Source: Eledone cirrhosa | Taxonomy: Eukaryota | Direction: 5' to 3' | Assembly (NCBI GenBank): GCA_964016885.1 | Contig: OZ024742.1 | Location: forward strand, 240,002,001-240,066,000 | DNA length: 64,000 nucleotides | In this document: piece after piece, positions 25,684 through 38,941 of the stretch | Position numbering within the stretch: the stretch's first letter is position 1 | Layout of the letters: every line of letters begins with the position of its first letter | Notes under the pieces: model-generated | Seen by the model: the letters and a program-made list of their open reading frames with translations, nothing else | Told to the model about the DNA's origin: nothing | Database searches by the model: none | Made by a program: the position numbers and the translations under genes

Positions 25684-27495
25684 AAATAAACTCAAAAATG
25701 TACTAAATAAATATGAACTTAAAAAGAAAGAAATCCATAATGATTCATGGAATTTTCATATACTTCAGCACAATATGTCCTTCCACCATTAGATTTTATC
25801 TTGAAAAACATTACACATATTTAGTCATACATACTAATGATTAAATAAAAAAGAGGGGTGGCTGCCACTAAGAACAACTAAAAATGGGAGTGCTGGACAA
25901 CCAGGAAAACAAGAAAGAATGCCATAAATAGGGATAGACAAACAAATAAGGTAATAATAATAACAATAATAATAATGATGATGATAGAGAAAAACAGAAA
26001 AAAATGAGATGAGGTAAAAATGGTAAAGTAAAAGCAAATGAGTCATTGTTAGATATGGTGAAAGAGGTAAAATAAAACAGATGTGACAAATATACACACA
26101 TACACAGTTATACAATGGAATTAATGAAAGTAAACATCTACACCATTGATAGCAGATGGACTGGTTCTTTTTTTTGCTTGTTTTCTTTTTGTTTTGTTTT
26201 TTTTTTCAAGATTTGTTTATCTAGTAATGATTTAGCAGAGAATATCTATTAGAAAAAAAAAAAGAAAACCTCAGTTTAATTCAAATGTTTAAAGTATCTT
26301 TACTAGCAGACAAATTGTTGTGAAATTTTACAGTAAACCAAAAGTTTTTATAATTCTTGATGTGATGCAGTGCTATTTTGTACTTTCAAGAACATCTTAC
26401 TAATGTGTTTCATACAGTACAGGATGTTAAGAGTTAAATTTCAATCCTAATAATGAGGGCGAGCAGAAAACAGATGGTCGCCAATTATTATAAAGGCCCA
26501 GCTTTAAAATGCTAACAAGAGTGTAATTACACTCAAGATAAAATTAAAATCAGAATCTGTTTTAACAATTTTGATACCAAAATGAACCCTGGTTAAATGA
26601 AATGATATGAAATAAAATTTACATCTCCCACATATGCAGGTTTAGTTGACCTGCTACAAATTTTCATCTCATTGGCAGTTTCTTGGTTGTTTTAATGATA
26701 GGGACCCTAGTCCTATCATGAAAGATAATGTGAAATAAAGTGTCTTGCTGAAGGATACAAGCCAGATAAATAATGAAAAGATTAGTCACATTACTAAACC
26801 CTTCCAAAATCTTTATTTTCAAAATGATTTGAAAACATATGCAGTGTCTTTCATGAGGAATATGGTAAGGAAAGCGTGAGATTTGATAACTGAAGTGACA
26901 AGACAAAATGTTTTTACAAGTGTATGTAACAACAAAAGAAAAAAATTACAGCTCACACCTATGAAGACTGAGATGACCTACACTTCAAATAGGTTTCTGG
27001 GGTGTTTTAATGATAGGGGCCTCCAATCCTATTGTGTTGTTGTTCTAACTTGCACCCATGAAGATTGAGTGAGCCTGTTACAATGTTGCATCTCAAAAAG
27101 GACTCAATCCTATCATGAAAATGACATGAACACAATGTGACACTGGAATCAACTCACAACCTTCTGATTGTGAGTTCAACACCCTAACCACTAAACCATG
27201 CACCTTCACATGCAAATAATTTTTTTTTTTTTTATTAAATTCTCCAAATTAAATTTTGGTATGACTACATTGTTACAGGTAGCTGCAGAATACTGCTACT
27301 TTTAATTGGTCTTACTCCTCACAACCACTATTTATGTTTAATTGCATTTATAAATTACGAGCAGAATACCTGGCATTTCCCATATAGTAGCTATACAGGA
27401 ATCACAAAGCATCTTTGTGCTATAGATATGCACTCAATATGAATAATGTATTTCATAATTTAAATGAGTAAATGTCTTATAGTTAATTCATGCAT

Positions 27496-27692
27496 ATTAA
27501 CTTAGCACAAGCAAGCATTCTTGAAAAGTACAAAACAGCAATATAACTGTATCACATTAAAAACTAAAGTCTTTAATTTACTGCAAATTTTCACAACAAT
27601 CTGTCCACAAGTAAATATAATATAAACATTTCAATTAACAATCCTATATTTCAATAGTTGCCACTAATTAATTACAGGATGTTAAGAGTTAA
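27496..27692 (+). mobile_element. piggyBac-like MITE family C
   Basis: Ends in TACAGGATGTTAAGAG-ttaa; internal gactgcatcacattaaaa and atctgtcca blocks are shared with many copies. Confidence 0.65.
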
Positions 27693-28180
27693 ATAAGAGC
27701 ACGTGATTAAGTGACAATTCATTTAATATTTTCTATTTTAGTTGGGAGTTTTTTCTCCTTTTTTTTTTTTACTTCATGGAGAGAAGAGGAGTGGCCTTGA
27801 TGAGAAGGGAAGAAGGTATCCTTAAACTGGAGATCTACTTTGAATGCTTATAAGAGCATGTACTTCACTAAAGGCACCCAGGTAGTGGTGTTAAACCAGG
27901 CAACAGAGTAAGTCTACCAACCAAGTAGAATTTACTGTGATTTGAATACAGATTGCAAACAGCCAGAACAAATACCATAAGGTAACTTATGCAATGTGCT
28001 AGCATTTTAACTACTCCAAGCTCTGGGGAGTTATTGTAGTCTATCAACTTCTTAAGGGTGGAAAATAAAATTGACCATGACATGATTTGAACTCAGAGCA
28101 CAGGGACTCTGAACAAAAATAGCAAGGTATTTTGTCCTATGTGCTAATGAGTCTGCCAATTCACCACCTACCTCAGCCAT

Positions 28181-28328
28181 TTAATTCTTAACATCCTGTA
28201 TGGCCTGAAATTGCATTAGCAAGACAACTGCATCACATTATGGTTTTTCTAATATTTCAAATTCTGACAATCTGTCCTCTAGTAAAGACACTAACAAAAC
28301 TGCTAATTGACAGCAGGTTAAGAGTTAA
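28181..28328 (+). mobile_element. piggyBac-like MITE family C with both TIRs
   Basis: ttaa-TTCTTAACATCCTGTA ... caggTTAAGAG-ttaa. Confidence 0.75.
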
Positions 28329-28479
28329 AAATTAATGTAAATAACTAATGGAAATAAAATCATTCTCACATGTGGAAACTGCTGTGCCCAGAGACACTCC
28401 AACATCCAAATATTGAGAAAATGTTGGTAATATTTACTGAAATATTTTAAATTTGATTTTATCCTTTTAATCACTCGTG

Positions 28480-29260
28480 TAAAAATACTTACATTATTGC
28501 TGTGAGAAGACATTTGGGAATGATGTAATGAAACTGTCAAAGATGAAAGACTATCTTGAGATGATGCATTCAGATGAGGAAAACAAACTTTTTTTTAAGA
28601 GAATGAATGAAAGGTCCAGCTTCAAGAAGTCACTAGCTCATATTTAAAGGGAAAATGAAGACCTCTCACAATATATCCTTAAACAAAAAAAAAGAAGGAT
28701 TGCAAGACACAATTTAACATTTATACTGGCTGTATCTGGCCAGAATTCTTTCAAACCAGCCATAACAAGCTGCTCATACTGATACTAAGGTATTGTTCTC
28801 AAAATATATATCAAAATCTCATAGATTCGATATTATGTGAGGTAAAGCCTTTACTGCGAAAATACTATAGTATAAATAGAGTAATGTAAATACTAAAGGG
28901 TTAAACCAGTTGTAAAAGAAATCATACAAACTGTTATGAAGAACACTGAACTTATTATTAAGCTCTAAGTAACAATACAGTAAAATGCCCTCTTTTATGA
29001 GACTGCAGAAGATGCTGAAAAGAGCATAATTTCAGAACTTCAAAACTGTAACTTTTCTATCCAGCTGGACAGGTCACCATTAAATATTCTCATTGCCTAT
29101 TTAAATTATTGCAGCCCCACTATAAAATGTATTGGTAATGAATTTTGATTTGTAAAATAGCTTGAATCTATATATTTTTTCTCTGCCTTTTCTAGTAGTG
29201 TATGAGAAAAATACCATTCCTCTTACTAATATTAAGATAATTAGTTGTACTGCACCCAAC
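28480..29260 (+). pseudogene. Fossil hAT (Buster/Charlie-type) transposase, interrupted by a family B MITE (28714-28904)
   Basis: Remnant motifs in the expected order: MKLSKMKDYLEMMH, LSNNTVK, ELQNCNFSIQLD-ST, EKNTIPLTNI..SCT-AP. Confidence 0.65.
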
Positions 29261-29595
29261 AACCAGGTGGAGAAGTTTAACCAGACAAGGGCTTATTACA
29301 GCAGAAGTAGGTCACAGCAGGATTTGAACTCAGAACTCAAAGAGTGGAAATTCTTCAGTAAGAAAAAATAAAAATGTATTTTTAAGCAAAAGAAAAAGGA
29401 AAGACAAAGAATGAAAGAGAGGAGAAGCAGGTGAGTGGAAGTAAGAGATGATAATAGAAAGGAAAGAAAGGGGTGGGGAGTAGACAGACTAACATTTAAA
29501 AATATATAATAGATAACAGGTGTTGAATGGGGAGCACAGTTTTGTAAGATATTTTTTAGAGTGAAGTAGATGATGGATGGAAGTTCAAATAAGGT

Positions 29596-29792
29596 TTAAC
29601 CCTTTAGCATTTAAACCTTGCCATATCCGGTCAGAATTCTCTTGTCTCTTTTTGTTCAAATTGATCATAACTGGCCACTTATACTGATGTTAAGGCATAG
29701 TTCTCCAAATAAATAATATCAAAATCTCATAGATTCGATATTATGTGAGGTAAAGGCCTTTACTGTGAAAATACAAAAGTAAATATAGTAAT
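29596..29792 (+). mobile_element. MITE family B, 3'-truncated by an inverted family A copy (29793-30008)
   Basis: ttaaCCCTTTAGCATTTAAACC start; body matches 32116-32334. Confidence 0.75.
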
Positions 29793-32115
29793 CTTTCCAT
29801 GATCATATTTTTCATGAAATACATTGAATGTATTTCAATTAGTTTTGAAAATAACTAAGCATTTGGAAGGTTTTTCATTCAATTTGCATTTAGAACGTAA
29901 GAAACATGTTCTTAAATAAAATTATGGAAAGTTTTCATTTTTATATGAACACTTAAAAATGGACATGCATTTTCAGAGCCCGGGTCAGTTTGGTTCTAAA
30001 AGGATTAAAAAACAATGATTCAAATATCAGGAAACAGAATTGCACCATCACATCTTTGCTTACAAAGAACTAAGGGCTAAAAACATCATACATCTGACAA
30101 ATATCAGCACCTATGTATCTTTAGTAACATATGCAAAAACTGCTTTAACCCCTTTGTTACCACTTGAAACAGATGCTGGTTCTATAAGAAACTGTTTGTT
30201 TTTACCCTTTTAATATCAACCTGATCAAAACTGGTTCAGGTTCTATGAAACAAAACCACCTATTTTAAACAGTTTCTATTTTAATTAGAATCTTCCAACA
30301 CAATTTTGTATAAGAACCATATTTTAATGTAATGAAATAATAATTTTAGTAAATCCCTCAAAATTCTCCATTTAGCTCTCTTCATCCTCCATGAAGCTGC
30401 ATTTCATAAGGAGACCTTATGAGTGCTTTGAATTAACATACTGTACCACATGACACCACATTAGCTAAACATTGTTGGAAAACACAAAACATCACAATGA
30501 GTGCATTACATTAAAAATTGAAAACATTTGAATTAACAAATTTGTTTTTAAATATTTCTGGTAATAGGGGGTGATATTTGAACTCAGAACACAGGGCTGG
30601 AACCAAGGCCACAAGACATCCATTTGACGCCACAACCCTTTTTCGTGATTTGACTGGAGCTCCTATCATTAAAACATCTGAGAAACCTATGAGATGCAAT
30701 TTTGTAATAGGTCAGCTAAACCTGCATAAGTGTGAGTTGTAAGTTTCATTTAATTTCATTTTTAACAGATGAGATGACAATTGAAATGTAAGGAGAGATG
30801 AAGTATTGTAAACTATTTTATTCTAATATAGAAAAAATATTTCTATATAAGTATTAAAATTACATTGATGATGATTATGTATGTGGCTGGTATGTACAGC
30901 TTTGACTGTTCTCTTTGATAGAAGTGTTTGAAAGATATTCTTATCATACTTGACTGATAAAGTGAATCTTTCTAAGTATATGACAAATACTTTGACATAT
31001 TTGTTCTTTAATGTTTTATATCATACATACTACTTTGAAAAAGTGAGGAAAAACTCACAAAAATTGTGATGTAAAAAAATATTTTAATATAGATTTTATT
31101 TGTATACTAGGAATATTAAATTAAATGAGTTTTCTAAGAAAATAGTTTCAGGGTTAACAATACCTAGTTTTCTTTGGAGAAAAAAAGAAGCCTAAAAAAA
31201 CTTAGTTTTGTTGACAGTAAATATCGAAAATTAGAATGAAAAGATGCACTAACATTTGTAGTTGTCATCATAATTGAGGTAAATCAAAGAATAGAAACCA
31301 CAAACGTTAGACTGATGAAGCAAATTATAAATATTTAGCTCTCAGTAAGAAAAATCAGGTATTAACTATTAAAGTCCTGTACCACATGAAACCACTTTAG
31401 TAAGATGTTCATGAAAAGTACAAAAAAACTCTATGACTGCATCACATTAAAAACTAAAGTGTTTACTCCAATATTGCAAATTTGTGGTGCCCTATTTCTA
31501 TGATACAAAGCTGTTCTAAAGAGTTTATTTTTATCTAAAAACCTTCATTAAGCTATGTTTAAACACTAAACAGCTTAATGAGAAAGTTAGTTATATAACT
31601 AAATCCCTCCAAATTCTTGATTATTTCAAAATTATTTGCAAATCATCAGTGATATCTTTTGTTAGAAATATGACAATATAAAAAACTAGCACATCCATGA
31701 ATGAACATAGAGCTTTTAAAGATAGTAGCATGTTAAAAATAACATGCTACTATCTTATTGGAACTATATGTCTTGGCAAAGGTTCGGAAGATGAACAGAT
31801 AGAGACTAGAAGAATCCAGAAGGTAAACTCATTCAGTTATCAACTAGCACTTCTTCTGAAGTACCCTAGTATAATTATAGAGACCATAGCCAGACTAGGC
31901 AACTCAATCTTCATGCATACCTCTATTGTGAACCATGTAGTGTTAGTGCTATTGCTAATTAATACCAATCCATCAAGCCCACACTATATGCAAATGAGCA
32001 TCTTCATAAATGTATTATTTGCGAAAATGTATATAAACTATCAACTTGTTTTACCTCAGTACTAGTATTTGGCATCCTTACATGGTTACTGAGGTAGCTG
32101 TGACTTGATCACAGC

Positions 32116-32334
32116 TTAATCCTTTAGCATTTAAACCGGCTGTATCCAGCCAGAATTCTCTCACCTCTTTCTGTTCAAACTGGCTGTAACTGGCCACTCA
32201 TACTGATGTTAAGGTATTGTTCTCAAAATAAATATCATCAAAATCTCATAGATTCGATATTATGTGAGATAAAGCCTTTAACACAAAAATATAATAATAG
32301 ATATAGAAGAGTAATGTAAATGCTAAAGGGTTAA
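32116..32334 (+). mobile_element. piggyBac-like MITE family B, complete
   Basis: ttaa-tCCTTTAGCATTTA ... TAAATGCTAAAGGG-ttaa. Confidence 0.85.
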
Positions 32335-32885
32335 AATACCCACAGTGAGACCTATATATATGTTTTTCATATATAAAACATTGTATATGCTTTCATATAT
32401 ACCTATATTATGGATCACGCTATGTTAGTGCTACTGCTAATTACTTAATCTTCATCCCCACCATCACCTACAACTTTGACTCTGAACCAAGTCCGAGAGC
32501 AAAAATTTGTAACCTGTGAGATGAGATGTCTTTGGCGTACAGTTGGTAAAACCAGAGAGAAACCATGTCAGAAACAATGACATTGGGCAGATGGTTGGTG
32601 CCATACCTATCAACCAGCTCATAGCTCAAAAAAGCAATAAAATGGTTTGGTTACCTGATATGAGTTGTAATTAACCAACTTGCCCTGTATACTTATAACA
32701 CCAAGTACTCAGGTTTTACAAGCAGAAGATCATGACATTGGTGTATTGATAGAATCACAAACACACTCTGCAGGCACAGCATGATATTAGTGAAGGCTTC
32801 ACATCTTGCTGCAGATTGCAAACTCTTATCTCCCTACAACACCTTCCTGGTAGAAACGCCTAGACTAAAGAAACGTAATAATTAC

Positions 32886-33140
32886 TTAACCCTTTTGACA
32901 CCAACACATCTAAAACTGCCTCAAGTTTTATGATACAAAAGTTGCTGTTTTAAAGTGTACATAGTTTTATTAAAACCTTCCATTATAATTTTTATGGAAA
33001 ATCATTTTTATGTTCCAAACATGGAGTTACTAATGAGAAAGTTATTAAATTCCTCCAAATTCTTGATTATTATTTTCAAAAATGAATTGAAACCTATATG
33101 CAATGTATTTCATTAGAAATATGGCAATAAAAGGAATAAA
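32886..33140 (+). mobile_element. MITE family A copy
   Basis: ttaacccttttgacaccaa ... gaaatatggcaataaaagga. Confidence 0.65.
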
Positions 33141-33649
33141 GTTAAGAACAATCAAAGACAAAGCAATGTGAATTTATTTAACTTTCAACTCTATAGACAT
33201 TGTTCAAAATATTGCAACAGGAAAGACTACAAAATGATACCAAAACCCGAGTTGAAAAGTCCAGTTTGTTGTACGGTTTATGTTACACAAATAGTAAATA
33301 CCTTATATCTAGCCTTGCACTAAAAATCAATACATTAGAAAATATATTTGCTAGAAGTATAACTGGATAATGTCATGTTTGAGTTTTTTCCCCCCCTCTT
33401 CTTTCAAAGCAAAAGAAAATGAGTAGTTACAATTTAAATTGATTTCTTAACATATCATGGGTTAAATTTACATATTAAGAGTAAATACCAAGGAATTTCT
33501 TATAACAGTTTAATTGAATGACACAAAGAGTTAGGTTTAACTTAGATTTTTGACAGCTAAATATTAAATTTCTGAAGTAGAAAAAGAAGGAAAAACAAAA
33601 AGCTGAAAGAAAGTCGAAATCATATCTTTGGTGAATATGTGAATGTCTT

Positions 33650-34029
33650 TTAATTCTTAATGTCCTGTATCATATCAAACCAAATTAGCAAGACATTCTT
33701 GAAAGACATAAGACAGCTCTACGACTGCATTATATTAAAAATCAAAGTCTTTCTAATACTGCAAGTTTTTTCAACAATCTGTCCACTACTAATGATACTA
33801 TCAACATTTAATTTTATACTTTTTGAAATATGTTCTGCTAAATCATTACATGATGTTAAGAGTACAAAACAGTACAATGACTGCATCATATTAATAAATA
33901 AAGCCTTTAATGCAATAAAGTAAATGTTCTCAATGATTTGCCCACTAGAAATGAAACTACAAACATTTTAATTAACAAGCTTATTTTTAAATATTTTCTG
34001 CTAAATCATTACAGGATGTTAAAAGTTAA
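33650..34029 (+). mobile_element. MITE family C with duplicated right half
   Basis: Left TIR at 33650; right-TIR-like ends at both about 33864 and 34029. Confidence 0.7.
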
Positions 34030-34339
34030 ATTCAGAAAAGCTTTTATAGGTCAATGTTAAGCAATTAGGTTTATGGCAATATTCCTCCCCTACATCAAGC
34101 AGACGTTTATTTTAGATAAAGCAAAATACTTTCACCATTGAGGTTTATGGTGTCACATGGTGCAGAACTTTAAGAGTTAATAGATTGTAAACTTTTTTTA
34201 TATTTAATGACAAATGACCTTTTTTATTTAAAATTCATGAAACACAAAGATACAAAGGGAAAGGCAAGATGACGAAAGCATTTGCCATGAAGAACAACCA
34301 GTGATATCTACTGCATCAGCCATTCTCACCTGAGAAGGC

Positions 34340-35452
34340 TCTTTTTCCAGATCCTATGCTGGTAAGGTGGTGAAACACAACAGTACGGGGACCAAGGATA
34401 CCATAAAGTTTCCCTTTCCTGTTAGTCAACCCCATTTTCCCACATTTCTTGTGTACCCAAAATTTACATTGTGCACACCATATGGACTATATGCCTACTT
34501 TTTTCTACATATGGGACAAGGCCACTTCCCTGAAGGGGTCAAGGTCTTATCTTCTTTCCTAGTGACTAGCACTTTAGTTTTGGCTAACTTTACTCTGAGA
34601 CTTTTTGATTCCAAATTTCATTTCCATAGTCGAAATTTATTTTCTAGTTCTTTTAGAGATTCGGCTAGAAGGATCAAAGAGAAGTTCCCACGGACAGCCA
34701 GTTTTAAATTCTTCTGTTATGGTCTGGAGAACTAAGATGAACAGCAGTAGGCTAAGAACCGAACTTTGATGAACTCCTACCTGTACCTTGATTTCCTCAC
34801 TAAACTCGCTTCTTACTTTCATTTTACTTACAGCTCCTCTGTACATGACTTGCAATGCTCTCACTAACCATTCTTCTACACCTAATTTCCTTAAGAACCA
34901 CAAGATAATAGATCAGGGTACTCTGTCAATTGCTTTTTCTAAGTCAATGAAAGCTAAGTATAATGGCTTATTTGGGGGTAAGAACTTCTCTTGAAATTGC
35001 CTCTCTTAAAGGGTCTCTTTCATCAGTATCTTAAGTTGTCTGTAAAAGTCCCTGATAGTACCTGTCCTTTTGGTTTTTACTTAGTCCTGTAAGTGGAGCA
35101 TAGGTAGATGTAATTGTCACCATTCTATTTCCTACTGCTATTCTAAGCTTGATAATTCTGTCACTTATTCTAACTACTTCTATTACCTTATCTATTTCTC
35201 AGCTAGTAAGATGCCTCCACCTTCCACTCCATTGTCATTTCCTAATCCAGTAGAGTTTATATCTCTGTTGTTTGCCTGTGATTAGTTATGCTGAGACACC
35301 CCTCCATCTCACTTCTTATACGCAGCATATATCTATTTCTCTTCTCTCTAACAGTTCCACGATTTTGCCTGACTTACCTTTCAGGGTGCCAATATTGAGG
35401 GTGGCAGTCCTGAGATTTGTACCTTGACGGTTGTTACTTCCTTGGGGAGAAG
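34340..35452 (-). mobile_element. Decayed RTE LINE: APE start joined to RT by an internal deletion
   Basis: LRTATLNIGTLKGKS..EIDICCV (APE), then [29 protein letters not shown] and PHD remnants. Confidence 0.85.
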
Positions 35453-35454
35453 TT

Positions 35455-35830
35455 CTAAGTAGGGTGGCAAGTGAGATGTGCTGGGACAGCCAATCCAAAT
35501 TACAGGGTTTGCTCTTGCAATTAGCCAACCCTGCCCTGATAGCAATGAGTAAGGATGTTGGCTGGAGTCCAAATACGGCGAACGTCTCCACTGCTACAGG
35601 TTCAACCACAAACCTATTGGAGAGCAACTGATTCTTTGACAGTTTGTCCTCTTCAGCCTGACAAGCAGCAAAGCCTAGTCTCCAAATGCACAAAGTCTTG
35701 CAACATGTAGCATCCCAGATGAGGGCCCCTATCCTCATAGAACCAGCAGACTGTCATGCCGACTGGCCTCCCCTCTGTCCAGCCTCACTGGCTGAAACTG
35801 GGAAGGGAAGCCTGCACCATCCAGGTCATG
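35455..35830 (-). mobile_element. CRE-clade non-LTR retrotransposon C-terminal restriction-like endonuclease fragment
   Basis: LDGAGFPSQ-QPV-LDRG..LIWDATC-KTL..AAC-AEEDKLSK..PVAVETF-VFG..WLSQHISLA. Confidence 0.7.
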
Positions 35831-36055
35831 CTTTCTTTGTAGTTATTATAGCAATTTGATTAATCATCAGTGTATCAGAAATATCCACTGCTTCTTTTAC
35901 ACGTTAATTGCAAAGAGCCGACACAATCGCGGATATAATAGTGTATCACTACAGTTCATCATTATAATCAGTTTATTATTCATTTTTCCATGCTAGGCAG
36001 GTGGAGCAAGTTTGATTAATTTACTTCCAATTGACCCTTCTTGCATTATTTCATC

Positions 36056-36094
<39 letters not shown>

Positions 36095-38752
36095 AAGTCC
36101 TAATTTAAGTGGATTATACTAAATCTTATTAATGCACTTGTTACCATCTGAACCACAATCATATATATATACAGCACTCTTGCTCACTAAACATGCATTA
36201 TTCATGTATTATGTACATGTCCATAATAGCTATATTTGTGCCTTCAGCATTCACAGTTATTTTCTAAACTCTCTTGTACTCCACTTGTGCATCTGTAAAT
36301 CAAGTTTATTCAATGAATTAGAGTTGCTCTTCCAACTGACTATGTTTCACAGCTTGCAAGATCACATTTCAAATAAGTTCATCTCATGAAGGAGATACAA
36401 CAGAACCAACGTGATTGGTATGCCATACAAAAGACCTGTATACCAGTATAAGCACTTCAATACTCACAGTAAATGTGCTGAGAGACCAGAGGCTCTACAG
36501 TGCTTGGCAATCAAATGGAGATAAAACAGGATTTCACAGAAAACACACCTGATTCTAGGATTCAAAACTCTTTATTTTAAAGTTTTTTATATTTATCTAA
36601 AACCTTCCATCATAATTTTATGTAACAAATTTATTAAGTTGTATTCCAAATACTAATTTAATAATAAGGAACTTTGTTATATTACTAAATAACCCAACAT
36701 TCTCAATTTATAAAATGATTTGAAAATGATAGGCAGTGTAATTCATTAAAAATATGCTAATGAAAGGGTTAAATAAAAATCATTCTTGAGAGTAAAACAT
36801 CATTTTTGATATCAGACATTGCATTTTCTTCCTTAACGCAGACATTGCATTAACATCCCAACATCATTTAGCAGAAAATATCTAAATTGGGTTTATTAAC
36901 TCAAACGTTTATAGTTTCTTTACTAATGGACAGATTGTAGTGAAAATTTGCAGTAAACTAAAGATTTCAAAATGTTAAGAGTTAATCCAAAGAAAAGAGA
37001 ATTTTGTCTCACTGGAAGCACTAGCTGCACATATTCTTTTACTGGTTTGAGTCATTAGAGCAGGGCCATGCTCATTTTTTCAAGTCTGGTACTTCTTATT
37101 TTACTGATCACTTTTTGTTGACATGCTAAATCACGGAACATATATATATATATATATATTTGGTGTGGGATGCTTAAAACGCCCGTTTGCAGTAGGCCAT
37201 TTGAGCACTCGGTGCTCTTACAGCGCAGAGTATAATAACGTTTTCTTAAAATGTTTTTTTTTTAATGTGTGCTTTTTAAGTTATTTTTAAGGTGTGTTTC
37301 TTTTTTGTTTTGTTTTTTTATGTTTTTCCAAAGGTTTTTTTTAAAGGGCTTTTTCAAGTGTTTTAAAATGTCTTTATATAGTTTGTGCATTTACTACGTA
37401 TTCACTGTACCTTTCAGTATGCACTGTATATATACGCCTCTATATGTGTATGTATGTGTGTGTGTATATATGTATGGAGATATATATGTTCGTGTATAAT
37501 TTTTACTGATATAGGCATCTCTCCAAGTATATGTACAGACATGTTTTTTCACGTTTTTCTAAGTTTTTAAAAAAGTTCTTTCCAAGTATTCGCTGCATAT
37601 CTAATATTTACTGTGATTTTCGTATATAATACAGTTGCGGGTGTGTGTATGATTGTTGCGTGTGTATACGAGCCCATGTGTATCACGCTTGCACGAAACA
37701 TGGATACGTGTGTGGCTGTCTACAAGCCGAGACGGCTGTGGCAGTGCGTGAGCGTTTCACTCATACAACCCCTTACCTCCTACAGCAGTAATTCCGCTAA
37801 AAGGAACAACATTGAACAGAAAAATGGACAGCCATAAGTGGTCAGAAATACCGATGACGTGTACAATTCTTGACCACTCATCAACCGACAAGAACAGGAT
37901 AGAAGCTGGCGAATAAAGGTCGGCGGGATTAACTGGACATTTGGAAACTCTGCTTCGAAAGATTGAGACATATCTAAGGATCTTGCGATTTCAGAGTCAG
38001 GTTCGATCATCACATCGATCGTGCCTCAAGCTGGTTGCCAGAGAAACGATTGTAATATGTCTAATAAATTTTAATTTGTTGCACCACTGATAGTTTCCAT
38101 CTACCAAGTTTCACTCCCAAGGCATTGGTTAACCACGAGGCTATAGAAGAAGACAATTGCCAAAAGTGCCACATGGTTGCAAAGCAAACCCCTTTACCAC
38201 ACATATGTCTGGTAATTTATTATCAACCCTTCTGATATCTACCCAACCAAAACTAGCTCTGGATCTATGAAACAAAACTACCCATTTAAGCATTCCTATT
38301 TGAATTAAAATCTTCCAACATCATTTTATGTAAGACCTGTATTTTAAGTTACTATCTTATGGAATAGTTAATCATTTTGATAGATCTCTCAAAATTCTTA
38401 ATTATTTAATTGAATTAGAATGTATTTTATGAGAAATAGAGACACAAATGGGTTTTATTACTTTTTAATCACATTCCTGACAACATTAGTGAAAATGTTG
38501 GTTCGGTTAGTATATAAACATATCTATCAGATATGAAAGTATGTAACATATTGTGCAAGATATTTACAAATGGGTGATACATATTATTTTGTGTAAATAC
38601 CAAAAGTAGTAAAACAGGTTATGCAATAGTTGCTCAATTTGGTTTGAGAGGTAGGGGATGTTGTCATATTTTTGCAAGAGACAATTTTAAAGAAGCAAAT
38701 TCTTTTCAACAGAATTATATCTGAATTTTATTCAATGGATCCGTGATTCCAT

Positions 38753-38941
<189 letters not shown>

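Noticed and set aside
31697-32065. 122-aa ORF as a host gene
   Set aside because: No recognisable domain or splice context, and it overlaps repeat fragments.
35316-35738. Single 140-aa ORF as a novel RLE-APE fusion protein
   Set aside because: Chance in-frame junction of a decayed CRE fragment and an RTE 5' end, both of which are disrupted nearby.
37160-38050. Possible Tc1-like or other element with ORF 37780-38013 (-)
   Set aside because: Only a weak HTH-like resemblance; no TIR pair or catalytic motif was found.
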